This document shows positions 13,609-26,439 of a DNA stretch of 64,000 nt, one piece after another. Origin of the DNA: Octopus sinensis (lineage: Eukaryota); NCBI RefSeq assembly GCF_006345805.1, contig NC_043012.1:25358001-25422000 (forward strand), given 5' to 3'. The notes beneath the pieces are model-generated. The model saw nothing but the letters and a program-made list of their open reading frames with translations. It was not told the origin of the DNA and ran no database searches. Each line of letters begins with the position of its first letter. Position 1 is the stretch's first letter. The position numbers were made by a program, and so were the translations under genes.

Positions 13609-14368
13609 GAGGAAAATTTAAGTAATACTAAGTAATTAAGGGTTTAGCAACGAATTGCCTCACCAACACACCGATTAGTATTACTTAAATTTTCCTCGAA
13701 TGGGGCTTTTACATGCCGAAATCTACTTGGTGTAATTGATAATTATTCCAAATTAATTAAGTTCACCCTTTATTGTTACTGATAACCATATTTTATCCCA
13801 GTAAATGACCGCAGCATTTTGTCTTGGCTACACGCGGGTGGAAGGGGGCTGGTGACACAAACTTTCATTCACACTTTGAATTTCGTGGTACTGGTCATGC
13901 TTTGGCTCGCTCTGACACTGAGTTGAGATAATGCCTTTAGTATCTCAAAATTTAATATACAATTATTCATAATTGTAGTATCCTGCGCCGATGAGAAAAG
14001 AAGTTTGGGTAAGGTAGAATTTTCTAATTCTTATGCTTTCCTAAAACTTGATTTCGAAACGTACGTCCGTAGGTAACTTAAAATGTATGATAGATTGCCG
14101 TCATTTCATTCTTTCTTCTTACCTGTCTGTGTTTGCCTTTCAAGTGCTGTGTTTTTACGAGATCCCCCTTTTAGTAGAAGGAATAGCTATATCTCTTTGA
14201 CTGCTATTTCTAAATTCGGTGTGTTGGTGAGGCAATTCGTTGCTAAACCCTTATTTACTTAGTATTACTTAACTTTCCTCGAATGGGGCTTTTACATGCC
14301 GAATCTACTTGGTGTAATTGATAATTATTCCAAATTAATTAAGTTCACCCTTTATTGTTACTGATAAC
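13609..14368 (+). mobile_element. Penelope-like non-autonomous (retrozyme-like) element with inverted 5' segment and partial tandem duplication
   Basis: 13675-13786 repeats at 14259-14368 (period 584). 13609-13674 is the reverse complement of ~14216-14280. Contains a hammerhead motif and no ORF. Confidence 0.75.
13982..14073 (+). ncRNA. Minimal type I hammerhead ribozyme (U4 to C core variant)
   Basis: Stem I CCTGCG/CGTAGG; core CCGATGA (13988-13994); long stem II closed by GAAA/TTTC; GAAA (14056-14059); palindromic stem III ACGTACGT; GUC cleavage triplet ending at 14067. Confidence 0.7.
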
Positions 14369-14390
14369 TATATAAATATATATATAATAT

Positions 14391-14421
<31 letters not shown>

Positions 14422-14520
14422 GTATATACATATATATATAGTGTGTGTGTGTGTGTGTGTGTATATATGAGTATATATATATCTATATATATATATATGT
14501 ATATATATATAATATATATA

Positions 14521-14529
<9 letters not shown>

Positions 14530-14551
<22 letters not shown>

Positions 14552-14740
14552 GTTAATCCAAACAAGAAAGCACAAAAAAACACAACAACGCGAGGACGTG
14601 GGACAATATTGTATCATTGGGCGCTCAGGAAAGAAGGAAAGAGGGTTTAAGGTTTCGAGCGGAGCTCTTCGTCGGAAACATAGGAGAAGGAAAGATCCAG
14701 AGAAGGGAAGACAGAGGAAAAAAATCGCCAACGGTACACA
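14530..14740 (-). mobile_element. Penelope-type pseudo-LTR fragment with decayed hammerhead (14645-14679)
   Basis: Minus strand GTTT-CCGACGA-A-GAGC-TCC-GCTC-GAAA-CCTT-AAAC. Stems I and II pair; the stem III G is replaced by C. Confidence 0.6.
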
Positions 14741-16271
14741 CGAGGTCACATATATATATATACATACACACACACACACACATATTTATATATACATACA
14801 CGCACACATTGTTCATCATCTGAAAGTTTCCACCTTTTGCTTTCTTTCGTTTTGTATGTATAATTATTTAGATATTTGTATTTAATGTAGTTAATATATT
14901 TAATGTATGAAGTGTGTCTAATTTGCACTTCATAATTGTTTCTGTACCCGGTCAATCTGATCCCTCCTACAGCTTTCCTTTTCTTTACTGGAAGATCCGC
15001 TGCAAAGACATCGGAATCTAATTTTGAAATATGTTGAGTATTACTAACCGTCTTCTATACAGAGATATCTGGATCACATATGTCAACCATATAAACACAC
15101 ACGCGCACACACACACACACACATATATAAGCACAAACATACTTTTATGTATCTATATATGTCTGTGTTTTGTATACATATCGGTTTATATCTGGGTAAC
15201 TATGAAGCAATAAAACTGATTACCAAATCAGTAATCAACGAAGAATATTGTTGTACATCACGGTGACTAATGACTTAGATTTGACAGCATTTGAATAGAA
15301 TTGAATATTCATCTCTTCAAAGATTCTTTCATGACTAAATTTCCTTGTAACTTAGAATTAACTAAAGTATAATAGACGTAGATCGATGCATCATAATAGA
15401 GACAGACAGCTTAGATTTTCAATAGAATCTTCTGAGATTCTTCTAAGAATATCTGATTACCTAAATATATCATTTCAAGACTTGGAATTGTACTGCGGTT
15501 TATATCGCATTTCAGGCAATCTATCATGAAAATAAACGCAATGGACAGACTAAAGCTGAGGTTGTGAGTGTTTGTAAATGAATGCGTTTTGCTTTTCTTT
15601 GCAAATCTTGTTTCATCGTATCTACATCTCGGAAGTGACTGAATCGGGTCATGTGCGAAATATTTTATCTTCCATTGACGCGAGCAGTGATGTACCTGGT
15701 CGTTCGGCCTCTTATCCTTTGTCAGAGTGAAGAACTGAAGAGAAGTGTCGTTAGCATCACGAGATTTGAAGTATAATAAATTTCAAGGAAGCGGGCGTAG
15801 GGAGATAAAGTGTGTGAGAGAAATAGAATTAGAGAGAGATAGAGATGGAATTAGAGAGAGAGAGGGTAAATGGTTTCGGTGTGGATCTCTACAAATGAAA
15901 GACTACCATCACAATAAGTGAGACAAAGAGCATTGGTTAGAAAAGATTTTTTTTTCAATAATGAATTTTCTCACCAGTTCTCTTACCTATAGACTGTATG
16001 TCGCCGAGACTGTTTCACACAAGTTCGCTTAACTATGGAATAGATGTCAGTCACTCAGAAAATCATCTGATGTATTTTGAAAGAATTATTATTCTTCACA
16101 TATATAGTAGTTTTACGTTGCATTTTAAAATTCAGTCCATGAATGATAGTAAAAGTGTTACTAAATGCAAGATGAAATCTCCAGAGAATACAAAACGAGT
16201 GGGTGATATTGTCAATCTTCTCATTATTGATATACATTTGGTTACGTCAAGGTATATCAACTGAGCTAATT

Positions 16272-16302
<31 letters not shown>

Positions 16303-16526
16303 AGCACACACCCATCTCTAATTACTCACACACACACACACACACGCATCTCTAATTAGCTGAATTGACGTTCAGTAGTGAAATGATTGAATTTACACCA
16401 AATAGACAAGAGATTGTGATATGCATATTTGCTAATGGCATATTACATTCCAGGTGTTTATTAATTACAGGTGCGTGGCATACAAAGAATGCTTGATGGA
16501 TTATCAGAGATATAATTAGTCTTCAT

Positions 16527-16830
16527 TTCTAATTTTGTGGAGGCTCATGACCTAGTGGTTACAGCATCGGATTCGTGGTCGAGAGATGGCGAGTTCGAAT
16601 CTCAGACCGGGCGATGTGTGTTTATGAGCGCAACACCTAAGTTCCACGCGGCTACCGCAGAAAGTAATGGCGAACTTCTGCTGACTCTTTCGCCACGCAT
16701 TTCTCTCACTCTTTCCTCCTACATCTAGCAGCTTACCTGCGACGTACCGGCGTTCCGTCCAAGTTGGGGAAACTATACGCCAATGAAACCAGGAAGCTGG
16801 CCTTTATGAGCCAAACATGGCTTGAGAAGG
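16527..16830 (+). mobile_element. tRNA-derived SINE family C copy
   Basis: Head GTGGAGGCTCATGACCTAGTGGTTACAGC...GAGTTCGAATCTC. Homologous to 56270-56640. Confidence 0.8.
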
Positions 16831-17040
16831 GCGATCAAAGACTGCTCCTCAGGACGATTCGTGGTAGTTGAAAATATCAACTCATTCATCTTCTGCTGAT
16901 GGCTATCCGTCGTTGATCGACGTTGGCTGTTCTCGTTCAATTATCATCTCTGGTAGCCTGTTGAGTGGGCAAGAAGGCCTGCTCTTCATCAGCAACTGTG
17001 ACAACATCTGCTGCAGGCGAAGCTATTTGAAGCAAGGGAG
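16830..17040 (-). mobile_element. RTE LINE 3'-terminal fragment
   Basis: Minus-strand translation FACSRCCHSC..RAGLLAHS resembles the RTE C-terminal C2H2-like motif. Confidence 0.5.
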
Positions 17041-17147
17041 AAATAAAACTTCTCATGTGCTCTTTTGTATGTTCTCCGTTGTTTCTCCTAAATATCTGGA
17101 ATTATGATTCTTTGTTATATCTATGTATCTATCTCTATAAACATACG

Positions 17148-17231
<84 letters not shown>

Positions 17232-17519
17232 CAGATAGATATTCTGATAACGTTAATTAGTGTAGTGACCGTAAGTGTAAAACTATCCCTGTTGGCATTT
17301 GAACTCAGTGTCGAATGATTTGTTTTTAAGTTACTCCTCAGTGATAAGAACATTTTAAGTGTCAACGACGTCTGTAAAACCAATTACATCTCGTCAATTG
17401 TATAAGACATTTCAATGATATAATATGATGGAAAATGACATGTAAAGAGCCTACCTTTCTGTATGTTTCCGTGTGTTGTGTGTATGTGTGTGAGAGTGTA
17501 TATATATATATATATATTA

Positions 17520-17557
<38 letters not shown>

Positions 17558-17753
17558 GTATGTATATGTATGTAATATATATGCGTATGTTACATTATAT
17601 ATATATATTATTTATGGACATATATATTTATGGACATAGAGTTATATGTACATGCATATATACTTATGTACGCACTTATGCACGTATTTATGTGTAACAC
17701 TGTCTACTCTCTACTTATGTTTACGTATGCAAAAATCTAGATATTTATTTATT

Positions 17754-17804
<51 letters not shown>

Positions 17805-18340
17805 TATATCTATAATGTATATATATATATTCATATACATATGTATGCATAAATACATACACAATACATTTATATCTATATGTTCGTTTACATAGGTGTA
17901 TATGCATATGTTTATAGATATATAAAGAGATATTAATGTCTGTGCGCTTATGTCTGTGTAACACTTTTACTCTCTCTTTCTCTCTCTCTCCCTCTATCTG
18001 TCTATCTAATATGTGCGTGTCTATGTGTCTGTATGCGTGTGTAAATATATTTTTATATATATATATATTGGGTTGGTGCACAACTATTGCGGCTTTTTTT
18101 TTTCAACAAATCTTATTCAACAAAAACAACATGTTAAAAAAACATCTTTCAATTATTATTCCGAAGATTTTTTTTAAAATATTGTTATTGTGTTTGTTGA
18201 TAAAAATTTATTGAAAAAAAGCCGCAATAATTATGCACCACCCAATATATGTGTGTGTTTCTGTGTGCATCTAGCTATCTATTTACATACATATATATAT
18301 ATACATATATATATACATATATATACATATATATATATAT

Positions 18341-18379
<39 letters not shown>

Positions 18380-18389
18380 GATATAGATA

Positions 18390-18462
<73 letters not shown>

Positions 18463-19169
18463 TGAGATAGTACGTTTGCAGTTAAATATTGTTTTACAGT
18501 TATCTGACTAAATAATGAGATATGAGAAAAATAATCATATGAAACACACATCAGTTTTATATCAGAAAATGGAAGTTTCGTTGCTAATTTAGATTTTAAT
18601 GTTTAAGGCGATATACATAGCTATTTAAATGTATAAATGCTGAAGCGAGAATACGACTACAAATTTCAATAGTGGGATTAATAGATTTTACAGATATTTA
18701 AATATGGGAATAGATGAAGAGATAGATAAATAGAGAAGCTGGGAGAAATATAGACATGGAAAGATAGGGAATTCCATTATGTTAAAATAACTGAACTGTG
18801 TTAGTAGATAAATTGTTGTGAGTGCTATTCAGATTTATAAATCTCTTATCAGTGTTTTTTTTTATAACGCTATATATTGAGAAACTAGGGACTTTTCCTC
18901 TATAAAAAAGCAGTATATACTAGGAGGTGCTGAAAAATTTCTGGTTTTAAAAGTATCACGAAAAGCCATGTTAGAAGGCCAACTTTCCTAGTTCTTTTAC
19001 AGGGCTTAGAAAAGCTGAAGTGAGCGAATCTGAGAGGGAAATGACGTAGTGGTTAAGGGCGCGGGCTACTAACCCCAAGATTCCGAGTTCGATTCCAAGC
19101 AGTGACTTAAACAATAATAATAATAATAATAATAAATAAATTTTTAAAAATAATAATAATAATAATATC

Positions 19170-19340
19170 GAAAAATACCTTAGGAATGAGAACCCAGGTT
19201 CGAAATCTCCCCAAGACACCTGAAGAAGGCTGGAGGGGATATTAGCCAAAACGTTGTGTTAACAACAAACAGGATGAGGACAAATATCCGTCGAATATAA
19301 ATAATGTACATAGTTCCTCATCTCTTAAATATAGAACTGT
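19170..19340 (+). mobile_element. Penelope-type pseudo-LTR fragment with decayed hammerhead (19215-19260)
   Basis: GACAC-CTGAAGA-A-GGCTG-loop-TAGCC-AAAA-CGTT-GTGTT. Stems I and II pair; G12 is replaced by A. Confidence 0.7.
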
Positions 19341-19354
19341 ATGCTAAATATACT

Positions 19355-19720
19355 TTTCTACTCTAGGCATCCACCTCGAAATTTTGGAGGGAGGAGGCCA
19401 GTCTTAATTTATCGACCCCGAAATGATGAAAGGAAAAGTTGACCTCGGCAGAATTCGAACTCAGATCGTAAAGACCGACGAAATACCTATTTCTTTACTA
19501 CACACAAGGGGCTAAACACAGAGAGGACAAACAAGGACAGACAAACGGATTAAGACGATTATATCGACCCCAGTGCGTAACTGGTATTTATTTAATCGAC
19601 CCCGAAAGAATGAAAGGCAAAGACGACCTCGGCGGAATTTGAACTCAGAACGTAGCGGCAGACGAATACTGCTAAGCATTTCGCCCGGCGTGCTAATGTT
19701 TCTGCCAGCTCACTGCCTTG
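19355..19720 (-). mobile_element. SINE family A, dimeric form (head-body-tail1-body-tail2)
   Basis: Two copies of the core ATCGACCCCGAAA(G/T)GATGAAAGG and one head near 19715. Confidence 0.88.
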
Positions 19721-20094
19721 GAAATATGTTAAATATAATCATAAGTAAGTCATCCGGCTGTAATTTCTTTAATCAAAGCCAGCCACCCGCTCGTAAATTT
19801 CAATGTAGCCATCTCACTCTGATATTTCATTATGGGCTTTAGTTATTCGTGACTCATATTGTGGTTATTTGTTTCTGTGCGCGTATTTATTTGTGTAAAC
19901 TTGTGCTCGTGTGCAAGAATCGATATAGAGGGTTTGGGGAATCTGCAAATATGTTTTCTGAATCCGTCTTAGTTGACCCCATTCTAACATCCTGTTCATT
20001 TTGATTTTCTTCATTCTCTGAGGCTGATAGGAGAAACCATTACATAAAGAACTGTGACAAATGTAAATATTGATAATAATATAAATAAAAAATA

Positions 20095-20345
20095 AAGGTT
20101 CCTTCTCGAACCATGCCAGGCTCATAAGGGCCGGTTTCCCGGTTTCAGTGGCGTAGAAATTCCCCACCTGGACGGGATGCCTGTTCGTCGCAGGATTACT
20201 CATTTTTGCCAGCTGAGTAGACTGGAGCAACGTGAAATGAAGTGTTTTGCTCAAGAACACAACGCATCACCTGGTCCAGGAATCGAAACCACAATCTTAC
20301 GATCATGAGTTCAACACTCTAACCACTAAGCCACGCGTCTCCACC
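20095..20345 (-). mobile_element. tRNA-derived SINE family C copy
   Basis: Minus-strand head GGAGACGCGTGGCTTAGTGGTTAGAGTG...GGTTTCGATTCC. Homologous to 36955-37200. Confidence 0.85.
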
Positions 20346-21649
20346 GATAATGACATAATATACCCTAAAAAACTTTAAACAGTGCTCCAGCATGACCGCC
20401 GAAATCGTATGAATGAAGTCGATAAGAAAATGAAAAAAAGGAAACCGAGCGCCAATTAAAATAAGAAAAAGAACAGAAAAATATCCTTATAAGATCTCAT
20501 TATAGACTGCGCGGCCTACATTTCATCTGTCGTGACAAAAACCTCCCACTTCACAAATATCGTCAATGATAAAAACGGTAAAAATAAAAACGGTAAAAAA
20601 CCAACCAAACAAACAAATACAACAAAGAAATACAGAAGCAGTTAACAAATGTCACAACACATTTATATTTTCACACATTTTGAAAATTGATTTAAACGTG
20701 TCTTATAAACTTGTGAGAAAACCAGCGTATTCACAAGTTAAAATCTTAAATTTCTTGAAATGGAAGTAAAAGAATTTTTTATTTTGGTTTGATTTGTTCT
20801 TTTAATACCTGTTTTCTATTGATCAAATTTGTATTGCACTTTAAAAATATTATGAATTGTGTACTTGGTATACTGTTGCTGTAGGCAACGACGCTGTTTG
20901 TTATTCTTCATGTGTCTGGCGTTGTTGTTAGTAATTCTGTCGGGAGTGATTTTGTATTTATTTTTCAATAGTAATTTTCTAGTACAGATTTGATGGTGTC
21001 TTGAATTGCAAACCAATTGCAAACATAAGTACCGCAAACGATCTGTATTTTCAACAACAAAATAAAATTTAATAAAATGAGATAAAATACAATTTTAATC
21101 GCAAATATTTTTCACAACATTGTTTCAATACCGAACTTCAATGTTTTCAGTAAATATATTTATCACAAATTTATATTTAGATTTTGTCCAACGCTTATTG
21201 ACATTTTCTTTTCTTCATGCATTTTCCAGTTTCTAATCTCAACAATATTCTTGTTATCTATTGTAGTTCTGTGGTTTACCTGGCAATTAAAATATTTTTA
21301 ATGATTCCTCTTCCTTACTTTTTTTCAACTATTTCTTCCATTCTTTACTTCTACCTTATTGTTTTTCATTCTTTACTTCTTCAGAAAATTTCTTGTCATT
21401 TTTTCTGCTTCCATTTTTTCTTACTTCGTTCGTCATTTAAAAATATTTCTCCTTACTTTTTTTTCTTGTTGAACACGTTTTCTTGTGCACTATTTTGTTT
21501 TTCATTCACAATTTCGGTTATTCTTGTAATATTACATTTTTTCTTAAGGACACCAGATAACTAAACTGATAGAGCACTCAAATAAATTTTGCTGCGAATA
21601 TTTAGCCTGAACATTTCCAGTACAGAGATCCAGTTCAACAACTTTATAT

Positions 21650-22200
21650 TCTTTTCTACTCTAGGCACACTGTCCGAAATTTTGGAGAGAGGGACCAAGT
21701 CGGTTACATCGACCAGTACGCAACTAGTACTTAATTTATCGACCCAGAAAGGATGAAAGACAATGTCAACCTCGGCGGAATTTGAACTCGGAACGTAAAG
21801 ACAGACGAAATACCTATTTCTATTTCTTTACAATCCACAAGGGAGCTACACACAGAAGGGACAAACAAGGACAGACAAACGGATTAAGTCTATTATATCG
21901 ACTCCAGTGCGTAACTCGTACTTATTTAATCGACCCCGAAAGGATGAAAGGCGAGGTCGACCTCGGCGGAATATGAACTCAGAACCTAGCGGCAGACGAA
22001 ATACCTATTTCTTTACTACCCACAAGAGGCTAAACACAGAAGGAACAAACACGGACAGACAGACAAACGGATTAAATCGATTACATCGACCCCAGTGCGT
22101 AACTGGTACTTTATTTATCGACCCCGAAAGGACGAAAGGCAAAGTCGACCTCGGCGGAATTTGAACTCAGAACGTAACGGCAGAACACTGGGGTCGATGT
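21650..22200 (-). mobile_element. SINE family A multimer (three bodies)
   Basis: Three tandem ~170-bp units sharing the core and B box. Confidence 0.9.
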
Positions 22201-23415
22201 CATTGTCTCATCCACTCCCCAGCCCAGAATTGCTGCCCTAGTGGCAAAATTTGAAACCATGAATTTGGGTAGAAGTACATTTGAGAGGAGGAAGTTAGTC
22301 ACATCACATCGCACTCAATCATTGACTGATAGATTTCTTTGGTCGAGAAATTTTGATATCGGCTGAATTTAATTAGCCGAAGGGAATGCTGAACTGTAAA
22401 TTTCACCTCGGTAGAGTTTAAACTCACAACGTAAAGAACCGGAAGAATTCACGCAAGATGTTTTGGCATATGCTCCAACGATTGCTCCAATACACTTTAG
22501 GCTTGGTAAAAGCGTAACATTCGAAGATATATCGTGACAATAAAATAATACACCAGGGTGCATCCAGCCTAGCTACATGACCACAAAATTGTGGAGTCGG
22601 TTACATTGCTATTTTTTTTTAATTCCTCAATCTCAAAAGCTTCAAAGATGCATTTAAACTCTAAACGGAAAATATCGACAAGTTTTTATATTGGATAGCC
22701 TACCGATCGTAAAAAATCCACCCAGTACCGTCAGTTATTTGTAACTTTATTTTCACTAATCTGCTAATGATTTCTAAATTGGATGATTTGATTTCATTCT
22801 TTCATCGTCATTTGCCGACTTCTCAAATTATAGGAAATCTTGATTGATTTTCTTGCGTTTGGTATCAATAAAAAATATACCATTAAAGCACTGTGATCAA
22901 TATAATCAATATAATGAATTTATCCATTACAAGAACCGCCAGAAATAAAACCTTGAGTTGACTATTCAATGAAGAAATTGCTAGTCAGTAATCTGACCTG
23001 GGAGTATTCTCAGCTAAATTTCTGTCGAATAGCACACGATACTCTTTAAAAAGAGGAAATACATAGACGCACAATGACGATTGAGTTTCAAATTGCACGG
23101 GTTAGTCATGGTTAGAACGTCCTAGATAATGGGTGTGTTCGCTGACAACTGAACTCGGAACCTATGCATGGTTGTTCGATCTTCAAGAGCAACCAAACAA
23201 CTGTCAATAAAACCAAATTCTTCTCTTGAAACAAGCAAGGCATCATTGTGCGATGTATTATGAGAAACAATGGGTGGAAAAAGGAGGAAATATACCTGAG
23301 ATGATCTCCACTACAAACGATTTAGCTAAAGGAAAGCTTGATCGATTAGGGCGTACCTGGAGTCAAGAAGCAAGAGCAGAAATAGCAGTATCAACAAAAC
23401 AGCAATTATTATTAT

Positions 23416-23450
<35 letters not shown>

Positions 23451-23451
23451 A

Positions 23452-23840
23452 GACGGTGAGCTGGCAGAATTATTAGCACACCGGGCAATTTGCTTAGCGG
23501 TATTTCATCTGCCGTTACGTTCTGAGTTCAATTTCCCCGACGTCGACTTTGCCTTTCATCCTTTCGGGGTCGATAAATAAAGTACCAATTACGCACTGGG
23601 GTCGATATAATCATCTTAATCCGTTTGTCAGTCCTTGTTTGTCCTCTCTGCGTTTAGCCCCTTGTGGGTAGTAAAGAAATAGGTATTTCATCTGCCGTTA
23701 CGTTCTGAGTTCAAATTCCGCCGAGGTCGACATGGCCTTTCATCTATTTGAGGTCGATTAAATATGTACCAGTTACGCACTGGAGTCGATGTTATCGATT
23801 TAATCCTTTCACCGAAATTCGGGGCCTTTTGATTCCAGAA
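23452..23840 (+). mobile_element. SINE family A dimer
   Basis: Head GACGGTGAGCTGGCAGAAT, two bodies and tail2. Confidence 0.88.
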
Positions 23841-23864
23841 GAAAGGATTATTAGTATTATTATC

Positions 23865-24095
23865 GAGTGAGAGAGCAGAGCATACCATCAAAGTGACACT
23901 TGGGTGAATTATAAGAAGTCCAGTATACCCATCATCACTACCCGTCTGATAAGGGTACACCAAGCCCATGCATCACAACCATAGGTGCGCGACATGGTAA
24001 TCTCGTATCAAGATAAACAGCACATGACCTTGCAGGTGGGGCCCAGTTAGAATTTTCTTCAGATCGGGTGGCCCATCTTACTCGAATGGCCTCTG
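23865..24095 (-). mobile_element. Partial (3' ~230 bp) copy of the 551-bp AAT-associated element
   Basis: Matches the reverse complement of ~4035-4266 and has an AAT-like tract at its 3' end. Confidence 0.85.
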
Positions 24096-25077
24096 AATCA
24101 TCATCATCATCATCATCATAGTCATAGTCATCGTCATCGTTGTCGTTGTCGTCATTCGTGGGTTATCGAAACAACGAATACTTGTGAAGTACTCTCTAAC
24201 CCAGGTAATCAATTCTATACACTGAACATAAATTACGAGATTATGCCGATGCTTCTTTCTTCGCTTCTCTGGGGTCGAATTTTTGTAATATTGTCTTTGT
24301 CTCTCTTTATTAGATGGCATCAATCATACAGTACGCAATCGAAGTGTTACGTGAGTCACGGGTGGTATGTTTTCTGAAAATCCAATGAATCATACCGACT
24401 TAAATTATGTTGTCCTCACTTAAAATTTATTATCTTCTTTAAGGACAAAAACCCAAAGTTTGGTGAAATGGCGTCATGGATTTTATCGTCCAAAGTATTT
24501 TATTTTATCGGTTCCGGGAATAAGTAAGTTAGGGTTAGTCCTGGCGGGATATGAACTGTAAAGGTGAAGAATAGTAAGTACCGTTTAACATTTTGCAGAA
24601 TGTTACAAAAAAAAAAAAGAAAAATGTCCCAGATGCTCCGATGAACAGAAAAGCCTTCTCGTGAAATAACATGCAAGTGGCAGAGTACTCCATAGATACG
24701 CAGTTCTTAACATTGTTCTGAAGGATATTTGGCTTGACATTGAATGTGACAAGGCTGGCGCTTTGATATAAAAGAACTCTTCAATTTATGATCCAGAGTG
24801 AACTAGTGCAATGTGAAATACAGCGTCAAGGATATGATGTAGCGTTGGGTATCGAACTCATGACCTTATGAGTGTGAGCCGAACACCCCTAACCACTAAA
24901 CCAAGGGTTTTCATTTTGTAGAATCTAGACTGTCGAAAGCAATCGTTGATGGTTCCTGGATTGTATTTAGCTCTCTTCTACCCATTATACGTCGGAGTCC
25001 TTGTGAAGGAACATAGGTATTATTTTCCATCGTGAATAAAATACTGTGAGGTATTTGGTTCGACGGTTTGACGATAA

Positions 25078-25308
25078 GGCGGCGAGCTGGCAGAAACGTT
25101 AGCACGCCGGGCGAAATGCGTAGCCGTATTTCGTCTGTCGTTACGCTGTGAGTTCAAATTCCGCCGAGGTCGACTTTGCCTTTCATCCTTTCGGGGTCGA
25201 TAAATTAAGAACCAGTTACGCACAGGGGTCGATGGGATCGACTTAATACCTATGTCTGTCCTTGTTTGTCCCATCTATGTTTAGCCCCTTGTGGGTAATA
25301 AAGAAATA
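25078..25308 (+). mobile_element. SINE family A monomer with 11-bp TSD
   Basis: TSD GGTTTGACGAT at 25065-25075 and 25309-25319. Confidence 0.92.
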
Positions 25309-25683
25309 GGTTTGACGATTGTCACAAGCTGACCGGCAGCCGTGCGTCGTTCTATTATTAGAAATCATTATTAAAGACATTAACAATGGAAATAATCTTT
25401 TAATTAGATCTCTTCCGTTAGAAAAAAATTGCACAAGGAAGAGAAATCAAAATAACAAAGAATAAACACTATGCACACTGGCACACACACACACATACAC
25501 ACACACAACACACACACAACACACACACACACACACAATGAGACAGAGAGAAAGAGGGGCATGGAGACAGAGACACATCAGTAAACAGGGGTACGCATAT
25601 TCATAGAGATAAATATGCACAAACAGATACACAGAAGTACCTGTCCAGGATGTACATATAGTCACAAATATATATCATCAGGA

Positions 25684-25724
<41 letters not shown>

Positions 25725-25840
25725 CACACCAACAAATTCAAAAACACACCATGAGACAAAGTACCACATGCATGCACATCTTCACATAAACACATACAAA
25801 GATATGCACACACACCACACACACACACACACACACATAC

Positions 25841-26285
25841 ACGCACAAGTACATATACTCTACTCTTTTTACTCTTTTACTTGTTTCAGTCATGTGACTG
25901 CGGCTATGCTGGAGCACCGCCTTTAGTCGAGCAAATCGACTCCAGGACTTATTCTTTGTAAGCCTAGTACTTATTCTATCGGTCTGTTTTGCCGAACCGC
26001 TAAGTTACGGGGACGTAAACACACCAGCATCCGTTGTCAAGCGATGTTGGGGGGGGCGACAAACACAGACACACAAACATATACACACACGTACATAGAT
26101 ATATATATATATATATTATATATATATATATATACATATGTACAACGGGCTTCTTTCAGTTCCCGTCTACCAAATACACTCACAAGGCTTTGGTCGGCCC
26201 GAGTCTGTAGTAGAAGACACTTGCCCAAGTTTCCATGCAGTGGGAATGAACTCGGAACATGTGGTTCGTAAACAAGCTACTTTAT
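25841..26285 (-). mobile_element. tRNA-derived SINE family B with internal (TA)/(TG) microsatellite
   Basis: Reverse-complement homolog of 43751-44140 and 45870-46276. Confidence 0.9.
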
Positions 26286-26439
26286 TTCAAAACATTTGCC
26301 ATAAAGGCAGTACACAGATTAAGTTAGCTTTGCGGGCTGGACGAGGACATTAATGAGGTGAATGATAATGAAAGAAAGATGATAAGGATGGGAGAAGACG
26401 AAAGCGCCCGCCGACTTTTGCTTCTCTAAAACATTGTTC

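Noticed and set aside
19370-19720. Tandem SINE A units as a CRISPR-like array or tRNA genes
   Set aside because: Units are long homologous SINE bodies with no unique spacers, and heads lack a complete cloverleaf.
20809-21043. AG...GT-bounded minus-strand segment
   Set aside because: All three frames contain stops before the donor and no motif is recognisable.
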